DNA from: a virus
Lineage: Duplodnaviria; Caudoviricetes
DNA length: 24,721 nt
Direction: 5' to 3' (one strand)
Virus record (IMG/VR): IMGVR_UViG_3300021364_001347
Span: 1 to 24,721 of that record
Positions 16,246 through 23,361 of this stretch are shown here, piece by piece. The first letter of the stretch is position 1. Each line of letters begins with the position of its first letter. Made by a program: the position numbers and the translations under genes. A model generated the notes under the pieces. It was given only the letters and a program-made list of their open reading frames with translations. It ran no database searches and was not told where the DNA came from.

Positions 16246-19160
16246 TATACATATACTCCTTTGTTTGGAACTGTGGCTTGTCCTAATTGGATATATTCGT
16301 CAATGGTAGTTCCGTAAGCATCTGTTCCTACAGCAGTTTCGTTGCGCCATTTTTTCACATCATTAGGACCTTTCAAATGCGCACCCATTAACAATCCGGC
16401 AATTAACTGTTTACTGTCGCCTTCTCTGATGCTGCCATTAGCTTTTAGATATCTAATATTTGCATTGGTATAAAGTATCATAGCTTTTTCTTGACAATCG
16501 CTTTTGTTTGCTAACCAATCGTCAACATTATTGACACCATCTTTTCCAGTCCAATTATCTGGATTAAGTCTTAATTTAGGACTGCCGCCTTTGACACTCT
16601 TTCTAATATAACCGCCTTCTTTTAATGCATATCCACCAAACTGATACTTTCCTGCAAAGCCAATAGTGTTTACACAATTATAGCGTAATCCGCTTTCTCT
16701 AAAGCCAATAGCATTAAGATAAGCAACTGTTTCTGCTTCGGTAAATCCGTTTATTGTTCCTGCTGGAGCAGCAGACAAAGGTCCGTCACTAGGACCGTCA
16801 CAACCGTATTTTGTTCCTTCTGTTCCTGCTGGCGGATAATCTTGTTGCAGTTGTGCTACTGCTACATCTGTTGTTTTTTCAACTACTGCTTGTGTACCAC
16901 CTGCTAATTCAGCAGAACCACCTGCTGCTGAAGCAATAGTAGAACTTACTGTGGAACTGCCAAAATACTTTGAACTTGCTCTATATTTGTCTGCTATTTC
17001 TTGAGCAGCATCAGGTGTAATCAATGTTGGATCAATTTGATCATACACTGGATTTTCAACTATAGCACCGTTTTCTAGTGCTGCATCATTTACAGCCCTT
17101 GCAAGTGTTTTCAAGTCATTTTCAATAGGATGGCCAAACGGTGGATTAATATTTGGAGAAACAATGACAACTTTGTATCCTAATGCTTTTAAATCAACAA
17201 CAATTTTTCTAATGTTAATTTTTGCTTTTTCAGGATTGCCAAGATCTTCTGTGCCTACAGAAACAACTGCATATTGTCCAGCACTTGCATTTTCAAATGC
17301 AGCAGCATCTCTGTTTGATTTTTTATTAATGTCATCGTCTTTTTCTGCACTAGATACAGGTGCGGTTGTACCAGCGCCAATAGCTGCAAAAGTATCAGGT
17401 AATGTAGAACTTAAATGGCTGTTAACTTGTTGTGTTCCTGCTCTAGTTTTTTCTACTGTGTAAGCTGCTGGATTTAAGTTTTCATGCTGTGGCCACGGTT
17501 CATGCTCAGGCACCCGTGCTGCAACTGCTGCCCTTACAGGTGCATTTGGCAAAAACGGATTAGGAGCAGGTGGCAATGTAGCTTCACGAGATTCTATAGC
17601 AGTGTCAGCAGGATAACTACTACTATTCAAATGTATTTCAGTAGCAGTTGTTTGAATGTTGGCGCCATCTGCTTGTAAACTCATCAATGCTTGTGAATAT
17701 AATTTAGTTGCACCTGTGCTGTAAAGTTCTAATGTATTTGCAGAAGTTATATATGTTTGCAGTTCGCTACTAAAATGATTTTGACCATCTACTTGATGAT
17801 AACTGCTACCTAGTGCTTTCATGTGATAATCACCGTCAGTAGTAATTTTTACAAACTCGCAACCTTCAATGCCAACGCTTTCTGCACTACCAATTGCTAA
17901 ATGTTGTTGGCTTATTATATTTAAAGCACCCTTACTGGTCAAACTGATGTTATCATTACCGTAAAGACCTATACCGTCTTGTCCTGTTAAACTAATATTT
18001 GCTCCAGCATTTACTGCTGCTTCTTGTTGAGCTGAGGCACCAATACTACCACCAGCATCAATTGCAATATCTTTACCTGCACTGATATTCATGTTTTCAT
18101 TTGCAGTTAAATTAATGTCTCTATCAGCTGTAAAGTTTAAATCATTTTCACTGTGAATACTAACACTGTCTTGAGCATATACATCAATTTTACCATTGCT
18201 TGACATTTCTATCCAGCTAGTTCCTTTGCTGTTGCTGATATAGATTAGATCTTCTGTATTATGTAAAAGTATTTGATGACCAGTGCGTGTTCTAATTCTA
18301 AACAATTCATTTGCAGGTCTAGTGACGTCACCTGTATCTTCAGTGTTTTCAATATCTGCATATTCAAAAGGTGTAGATTCAGGATGACCCTTACGTAAAA
18401 ATTTATCATCACCGTCGTCCATAACAATGCTATGTCCGCCAAGACGTGCTTTATAAAATTCTATTTCGTCTTTGCCGTGTTGATAAGTTGGAGCATTTTG
18501 TCTTTTATCAAACGGACCTGGTGTATTCATTCCAAACACAGTGCTAGGTAATTCTCTTCTTGCACTGCTGGTTGTTAATCCTCTTACATCATCAGTGACT
18601 AATCCTGATCTAGTTAATGCATTTACAAAATCTGTATTCACAGGTTTTAAGAATTTTGTTGGTTGTGTTTCACCATCTGGCGAAGTTAGAGCTTTGTTGT
18701 ACTCTCCTACTGGTAATTTTTGTCCAGTTTCGTTTATGTAAGTAGAAGTTCTTCCGTCTGGAATAGTAAAGTTTGTAAATGTATCTTGTACACAAGCAAT
18801 CCAATATCCAAAATCTTTTCTTCCTTCAACAAGCAAAACAATTACTTTTGTACCAACATCAGGTGGCACAGCCCAAAAACCATAACTTTGTTGTGTGTCT
18901 GCATAAGTGTTGTTTGCACCTACTTGATGCAACGGCGTTTGCCCACTAAAAGGACTTGCATACAAACACTGAATACTTTGTCCTGTATCATCCCAATCAT
19001 TGCCATTTGAATTTGCTTTTAATAAATTAACTTTTAAACCGCCCATAAAAGTTTGGTCTAAATGTCCAATTACCCTGCCAATATAAATGCCAGGATCAAA
19101 AGAAACACTATTATCACTTTTCCTTGTATACTCAGTTCTTATATTACGTGGTTCTGGCAT
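16245..19160 (-). CDS. gp5: Central baseplate spike, gp5/VgrG-like (OB-fold plus beta-helix) with C-terminal SGNH-like and lysozyme-like domains (971 aa)
   Basis: OB-fold-type N-terminus (YIGRVIGHLD, SYGFWAVPPDVGTKVIV), GHSIVMDD, RIRTRTGHQILLHNTEDLIYI, and 8-residue beta-helix repeats at aa ~325-512. These are followed by RVPEHEPWPQHEN and a C-terminal RES..YN.VNTIGFAGKYQFG...LLMGAHL.GP...DAYGT lysozyme-like domain. Confidence 0.87.
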   Translation of the reverse strand: MPEPRNIRTEYTRKSDNSVSFDPGIYIGRVIGHLDQTFMGGLKVNLLKANSNGNDWDDTGQSIQCLYASPFSGQTPLHQVGANNTYADTQQSYGFWAVPPDVGTKVIVLLVEGRKDFGYWIACVQDTFTNFTIPDGRTSTYINETGQKLPVGEYNKALTSPDGETQPTKFLKPVNTDFVNALTRSGLVTDDVRGLTTSSARRELPSTVFGMNTPGPFDKRQNAPTYQHGKDEIEFYKARLGGHSIVMDDGDDKFLRKGHPESTPFEYADIENTEDTGDVTRPANELFRIRTRTGHQILLHNTEDLIYISNSKGTSWIEMSSNGKIDVYAQDSVSIHSENDLNFTADRDINLTANENMNISAGKDIAIDAGGSIGASAQQEAAVNAGANISLTGQDGIGLYGNDNISLTSKGALNIISQQHLAIGSAESVGIEGCEFVKITTDGDYHMKALGSSYHQVDGQNHFSSELQTYITSANTLELYSTGATKLYSQALMSLQADGANIQTTATEIHLNSSSYPADTAIESREATLPPAPNPFLPNAPVRAAVAARVPEHEPWPQHENLNPAAYTVEKTRAGTQQVNSHLSSTLPDTFAAIGAGTTAPVSSAEKDDDINKKSNRDAAAFENASAGQYAVVSVGTEDLGNPEKAKINIRKIVVDLKALGYKVVIVSPNINPPFGHPIENDLKTLARAVNDAALENGAIVENPVYDQIDPTLITPDAAQEIADKYRASSKYFGSSTVSSTIASAAGGSAELAGGTQAVVEKTTDVAVAQLQQDYPPAGTEGTKYGCDGPSDGPLSAAPAGTINGFTEAETVAYLNAIGFRESGLRYNCVNTIGFAGKYQFGGYALKEGGYIRKSVKGGSPKLRLNPDNWTGKDGVNNVDDWLANKSDCQEKAMILYTNANIRYLKANGSIREGDSKQLIAGLLMGAHLKGPNDVKKWRNETAVGTDAYGTTIDEYIQLGQATVPNKGVYV
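17625..18188 (-). repeat. Protein-level 8-residue beta-helix repeats of the spike
   Basis: IDVYAQDS/VSIHSEND/LNFTADRD/INLTANEN/MNISAGKD/IAIDAGGS/IGASAQQE/AAVNAGAN/ISLTGQDG and onward, about 23 units. Confidence 0.8.
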
Positions 19161-22102
19161 TAGAATAACTTGCCTCCAAATTGTCTAGTAATTCTTGCTG
19201 CTGCTCCGCTTTGAAAATTTTCAGCTGTCTGTGCAAAAGAATTTACAGTTGCTTCTTGTATATAACCAGGTATCTTGTTAAAATTCTTCTGTATTGACGC
19301 AGGCATTTGTTGCACTGCGTTAGCTAGTTCACCAGGTAATTGACCTCGGAATTGTTGCATTACATCTGGTAATTCTGCAGAAAGTGCTTGCAATGTTATT
19401 GGCAACTGAGCTTGTGCTTGAGACAATGCAGCAGCAAGCTCAGGTTGTCCTGCTGCAATAGCTGCATTAATTTCTGTTTGCAGTCCTGCGCCTCCAGCAA
19501 TTACTCTGCTTATATCACCGTTGATATCTTGGCTACCAGCTAGTACTGAATTAGCCAAACTACTACTGGTAATATTGTTAAACAAGCCAGGAATTTGGTT
19601 TTGAATTTGTTGTGCTGCTGCTGGCAATTCTTGGCTAATTTGTCCTAGCACACCAGGTAATTGTCCACCAAACCCACCAGGTATAATACTAGACAATGCA
19701 CCCACTGTCCTGTTAAGTGTGTTTGCAATTAAATTAATTTGATTAAATGCACTAAAAATGTTTTGTGCAATATCATTTATAGCTGTGCCTGAAAATAGTT
19801 CAGGAATTTTGTCAATTTGGTTATTTGAAAATCCGGTGAATAGTGTATTGATGCCATATTCTGCTTTTTGTAAAAGTGCCTGTGTTTCGATAGACTGACT
19901 GGCAATTTTTCTGTTTATATTTCCTAAAACTAGATTTGGATTAGAATAAAGATTAGATAAAACCAAACTATTAGATAAATTTTGATCTTCTAAAGTTTGT
20001 CCTGGCATTTTCATTAGGCTTAGTGTTTGTGTAAATGTTCCATTTGAAAATTCATTTCGGAAAGTCACAATTTTATATACACCACTAAACGCATTTGCAG
20101 GATCTAATGCTGTTAAGTTTCCAACAAAATCTACACTTGTTCTAAAACTAATTAAAACAAAAACTTCTCCTCTTGTAATATCAAGATGTCCTTTGTCTGT
20201 GACACCGATAGCAGTTGATCGTGGATGGTTGTTGCCAAAATCAGCTTCAGTAAAATAAAACGGATCACCCCAAATTCTTAAATCAAGCATAACATTGTCT
20301 TGGTCGCTGTTCAAGATTAATTTATTAAAATGTTCCGCTATTCTTCTTTTACCGCTGTCGTCTCCAGATCCTCCTGACGGTGCTGTTGTACCACTGCCTG
20401 TTGCTACATTACCAGACGGATTAGAAAAGTCGCCGCTTCCAGTAATTTGAAATCCTGGGCCAATACTTGACACACTTTGAGAAGTAGGCTCTATTACTGC
20501 TCTATTACCTGAATTTTGCATAGTATCTTGGCCACCTTGTGATCCAAGTCTTGTCATTTCTTTATAGAATGCATTGTTAATATTAAAAGTAAAATCTATA
20601 ATATCTGTATTAAGTCCTGTGTACACATAATTGTAATGTTTTACTGCTTTTTTAATTTGCGGAGTATAAGTTTGTGGTGCTAATCCTGTAATTCTACTTG
20701 AATGAATAGTCTGCGGTGTCACAATGTAAGTATAACGCATTGCAGGATTTCCTGTTTTTGCCATCATACTTGAATCAATTATTTCGCTACGACAATGAAC
20801 TTTAAACCAAGTTATTTCTCCTTGGTCTCCAAAACCATCTATCACAGCAAGTTCATCTGCTTTGGCTTTTCCCCATGCACTACCAAGTAAAACACTCTCA
20901 ACAATTTTTTCAATTTTTTCACCAACACCAAATTGAAATTCTCTGTTGTCTGGATCAAATGTCATTTTGCCTCTAGTAATGACTTTTGTTCCGTCAGGAT
21001 TTTCTTTTATCTGACCGTCAACTAATGCTTTGAAAGGAATATTTCCATAAGCAAATTCTTCATCTGTGATTAAGGCTTGTCCTAATTCATTTTCATTTTC
21101 GTTGATTACTGCATTTGCCTTTATACTGCGAGGATTTGGTATTTTGCTGTTTATCTGTGTCAAATCTCTTTCAGCTTGTAATTTTTCAAACGGATCTGCA
21201 AATCCTGAAAGAGTTTGTTCTAATGCTGTAATCCTAGGTTGATTTGCTTGACGAATTAAATTAGCATCAGATACTGCATTTTGTCTTCTACCGGTAGCAA
21301 GCTCTCGTTGTCTTGCTGCTTCGTCTCGTAGGTTAGATTCTAAATTTAAATTATAATTGCTGCCGCTCTGATTTGCTAAACTAATATCTTTTGGAAAATC
21401 AATTCTAAATTCATGCGGAATATAATTTGTATCTTGTTCAGCTTTTTCTTTTTCTACTTTGTTTAGATGTGCTTCTAAACTAAATTCTCCCCAAGAAAGA
21501 ACTTCACCTACACTTGCGCCTTTTATAGCAGCATCATTTGGTATTCTGCATATTTGATCAAAATATGCTTTATGATTCCATGGTATAGCACTGACTTGAT
21601 ACATAGCACCTGCTGCTGTGACTTCAAATGTCACATTTACCAAAGACAAAACCAAATTATGCGACGGTAATACTTGTTGATTATTATTGTCGTCAAACCC
21701 TTTAAAGGTACATTTAAATAAAAACGGTGCATTCAAATAACTTACACCAACGCCAAGTGCTTGCTCAGTCGCAATACTCAAAGTTTGAAAAAATAATCCA
21801 ACACTGCCTGGTTCTATGACTTGAAAATCAATTTGAATTGCATTTGAAAAACTGGTTCCTGGATTTGCAGTAGGCAAATACGTTGCATTAACATTATCTA
21901 TAAAAAATTCAACATTTGTACCTGTATCATCTTCAATTGCTGTGGTCACACTCTTATCAGCAAACCCTCCAGATTTAATAATTGTGACTGCTGCACCATT
22001 TGTATAACTTTGTTCGCCGTTGGCTTGCCTAGCGTTCAAAACACCAAATTCAAAGTTATAATTGTAGGTAGCAAAACTGTTTAATGGGTTTTGTAAAGTC
22101 AT
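19160..22102 (-). CDS. Baseplate hub protein (gp27 / VgrG-N / Afp8-like) with C-terminal amphipathic 11-mer repeat extension (980 aa)
   Basis: Lies between the LysM gene and the spike. Hub-like motifs include NPLNSFATYNY, F.VIEP.S.GLF, YNYVYTGLNTDIIDF, LDLRIWGDPFY and FSGVYKIVTFRNEFSNGTFTQTL, followed by ~278 aa of Q/L/P/A/G-rich sequence. Confidence 0.72.
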   Translation of the reverse strand: MTLQNPLNSFATYNYNFEFGVLNARQANGEQSYTNGAAVTIIKSGGFADKSVTTAIEDDTGTNVEFFIDNVNATYLPTANPGTSFSNAIQIDFQVIEPGSVGLFFQTLSIATEQALGVGVSYLNAPFLFKCTFKGFDDNNNQQVLPSHNLVLSLVNVTFEVTAAGAMYQVSAIPWNHKAYFDQICRIPNDAAIKGASVGEVLSWGEFSLEAHLNKVEKEKAEQDTNYIPHEFRIDFPKDISLANQSGSNYNLNLESNLRDEAARQRELATGRRQNAVSDANLIRQANQPRITALEQTLSGFADPFEKLQAERDLTQINSKIPNPRSIKANAVINENENELGQALITDEEFAYGNIPFKALVDGQIKENPDGTKVITRGKMTFDPDNREFQFGVGEKIEKIVESVLLGSAWGKAKADELAVIDGFGDQGEITWFKVHCRSEIIDSSMMAKTGNPAMRYTYIVTPQTIHSSRITGLAPQTYTPQIKKAVKHYNYVYTGLNTDIIDFTFNINNAFYKEMTRLGSQGGQDTMQNSGNRAVIEPTSQSVSSIGPGFQITGSGDFSNPSGNVATGSGTTAPSGGSGDDSGKRRIAEHFNKLILNSDQDNVMLDLRIWGDPFYFTEADFGNNHPRSTAIGVTDKGHLDITRGEVFVLISFRTSVDFVGNLTALDPANAFSGVYKIVTFRNEFSNGTFTQTLSLMKMPGQTLEDQNLSNSLVLSNLYSNPNLVLGNINRKIASQSIETQALLQKAEYGINTLFTGFSNNQIDKIPELFSGTAINDIAQNIFSAFNQINLIANTLNRTVGALSSIIPGGFGGQLPGVLGQISQELPAAAQQIQNQIPGLFNNITSSSLANSVLAGSQDINGDISRVIAGGAGLQTEINAAIAAGQPELAAALSQAQAQLPITLQALSAELPDVMQQFRGQLPGELANAVQQMPASIQKNFNKIPGYIQEATVNSFAQTAENFQSGAAARITRQFGGKLF
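19244..19663 (-). repeat. Protein-level 11-residue Pro-punctuated amphipathic repeats in the hub C-terminus
   Basis: QLPGVLGQISQ/ELPAAAQQIQN/QIPGLFNNITS from aa 814, and QLPITLQALSA/ELPDVMQQFRG/QLPGELANAVQ/QMPASIQKNFN/KIPGYIQEATV at aa 899-953. Confidence 0.85.
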
Positions 22103-22402
22103 TTAACCTCCAAGCACAGAGTCAAGAGTAGTTTTTTGTGGTAATCTAATAGTTGTTCCTGCTTTAAAATCAAAAACTGGATCTTTAATTATATCCATGT
22201 TGCGCAATGCAAATACCCACCATAATTTTGCATTACCATAAAGGTCAAAACTCAATAAATCTGGTCTATATGTATATTGAGGTTCGATAGTATATGTGAC
22301 ATCATTTTCTACTGCTGGTAAAAATCTTGGTTGATATAAATCCATATAGCTTTCGTTTACCGGTGTTTCGAAATAGGGACTTGAAGCTGAATATTTTGCC
22401 AT
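22103..22402 (-). CDS. Baseplate LysM-like wedge protein (T4 gp53 / P2 gpX-like), 99 aa
   Basis: YTIEPQYTYRPDLLSFDLYGNAKLWWVFALRN...DFKAGTTIRLP matches the gp53/LysM-type RPDLL...YG...WW...N...G..I.LP pattern. Confidence 0.85.
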   Translation of the reverse strand: MAKYSASSPYFETPVNESYMDLYQPRFLPAVENDVTYTIEPQYTYRPDLLSFDLYGNAKLWWVFALRNMDIIKDPVFDFKAGTTIRLPQKTTLDSVLGG

Positions 22403-23286
22403 TAGATAAATCCTCCATCAGTTTTATTACCAATGTAGTCACCTTTGATAAATGATTCTAAATTAAAGTTCTTTTGTGCTGTTCTACTGTATGCTGGAGC
22501 AACTGTGACGTTAATTGTACTTAATGTAGGAACATAACAATAATTGCCAGATACGTTTATTTGATCATCAAGCGATACTTGATCTTCTAAAGGAACTTTT
22601 ATATAATCTACTGCATTTGGTAAATCCAAGTTGAACATTTTAACAACAACAGGAGTATGATCAAATATAAAATTACCATATCCAGATAATGCAACTCTCG
22701 GCGGCGGGTGTCCTTGTAAAGGACCTTGCCCGTAGAACATTTTTGTAATACTTCTTAAGAAATGCACTGCTGCTACCCAATATGCTCCGTCTCGTTCGTT
22801 CTCTACAGGAAACTCTGCACTAATTGTGATATCTTCTATCCTACTGGATTCGTATACATGGTAAGGATAGTTTGTATGCACGGGCTGTATTTGATCATAG
22901 TTTGCCATACTAGACAAAAGAATCTGTGGGGTGGTTGGAAAAACCAAACTATAATCACTTATAAACAAAGGTGACAATATTGAGCTTTGTGTAAAATAAT
23001 CAGGAGCAGCAGGAAGATGAATACGTACACGCCAATCTTCTCCATTTTGCTGATTGCCAGCGGCTAATCTTGCTTGTCTTACTGTTGCAGTATTAGGTGA
23101 AGCACCATAACTTACTTGTGTGCCCAATCTACCTTGGCTTACAAAGGTAATAAAGTCTTCTGCATTGCCAGCAGAAAATACCTTTCTTGCATTATCAATT
23201 GTGCGCACTGTTCTTACAATTGGATTGCTGTTAAAAGCTGTTTGTACAGTGTTAACTAGCTGACCAACTACATTAATTACAGACAT
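22402..23286 (-). CDS. Tail tube initiator / baseplate-tube junction protein (T4 gp48/gp54-like tube fold)
   Basis: FPTTPQI...ANY...PVHTNY...ITISAEF, HFLRSITKMFYG..GHPPP...LSGYG..IF..PVVV..F..DLP..VDYI and VPT.STI.V...P.YSR. Start moved from the track's TTG at 23292 to ATG at 23286, which is 7 nt after AGGAG (23298-23294). Confidence 0.68.
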   Translation of the reverse strand: MSVINVVGQLVNTVQTAFNSNPIVRTVRTIDNARKVFSAGNAEDFITFVSQGRLGTQVSYGASPNTATVRQARLAAGNQQNGEDWRVRIHLPAAPDYFTQSSILSPLFISDYSLVFPTTPQILLSSMANYDQIQPVHTNYPYHVYESSRIEDITISAEFPVENERDGAYWVAAVHFLRSITKMFYGQGPLQGHPPPRVALSGYGNFIFDHTPVVVKMFNLDLPNAVDYIKVPLEDQVSLDDQINVSGNYCYVPTLSTINVTVAPAYSRTAQKNFNLESFIKGDYIGNKTDGGFI

Positions 23287-23304
23287 ATTCAATCTCCTAT
23301 ATAG

Positions 23305-23331
23305 TATTTAGTTGACAAAATTATCTACGTA
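23305..23331 (-). promoter_or_regulatory. Putative late promoter of the baseplate operon, with upstream TACGTAG box
   Basis: Minus strand reads TACGTAG-ataattttgtcaac-TAAATA-CTAT-ATAGGAG-attgaat-ATG, resembling T4 late TATAAATACTAT. Confidence 0.7.
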
Positions 23332-23340
23332 GTTTATTAT
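23312..23340 (+). promoter_or_regulatory. Sigma70-type promoter for the late sigma gene
   Basis: TTGACA (23312-23317), 17-nt spacer, TATTAT (23335-23340). RBS AAGGAG at 23351-23356. Confidence 0.8.
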
Positions 23341-23345
23341 AAATA
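23338..23345 (+). promoter_or_regulatory. Exact T4 late promoter consensus TATAAATA upstream of the late sigma gene
   Basis: TATAAATA at 23338-23345, overlapping the sigma70 -10 box and 16 nt before the ATG. Confidence 0.62.
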
Positions 23346-23361
23346 CAAGTAAGGAGACCTC

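Noticed and set aside
18245-18442. 65-aa minus-strand ORF
   Set aside because: Out-of-frame overlap with the conserved part of the spike gene.
84-22974. Short plus-strand ORFs in the track (e.g. 84-332, 363-620, 2124-2390, 4160-4471, 9924-10166, 13124-13339, 14180-14428, 15827-16069, 17164-17463, 18720-19010, 22762-22974)
   Set aside because: They lie antisense to long, motif-supported minus-strand genes, have atypical composition and show no recognisable motifs; they are best explained as shadow ORFs.
11446-23286. Bacterial eCIS, tailocin or T6SS locus
   Set aside because: The gene order is similar, but adjacent gp55 and gp47 genes and TAAATA late promoters indicate a T4-like phage genome.
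23287-23292. TTG start at 23292 for the tube-initiator gene
   Set aside because: Only 1 nt from the AGGAG; the ATG at 23286 has normal 7-nt spacing.
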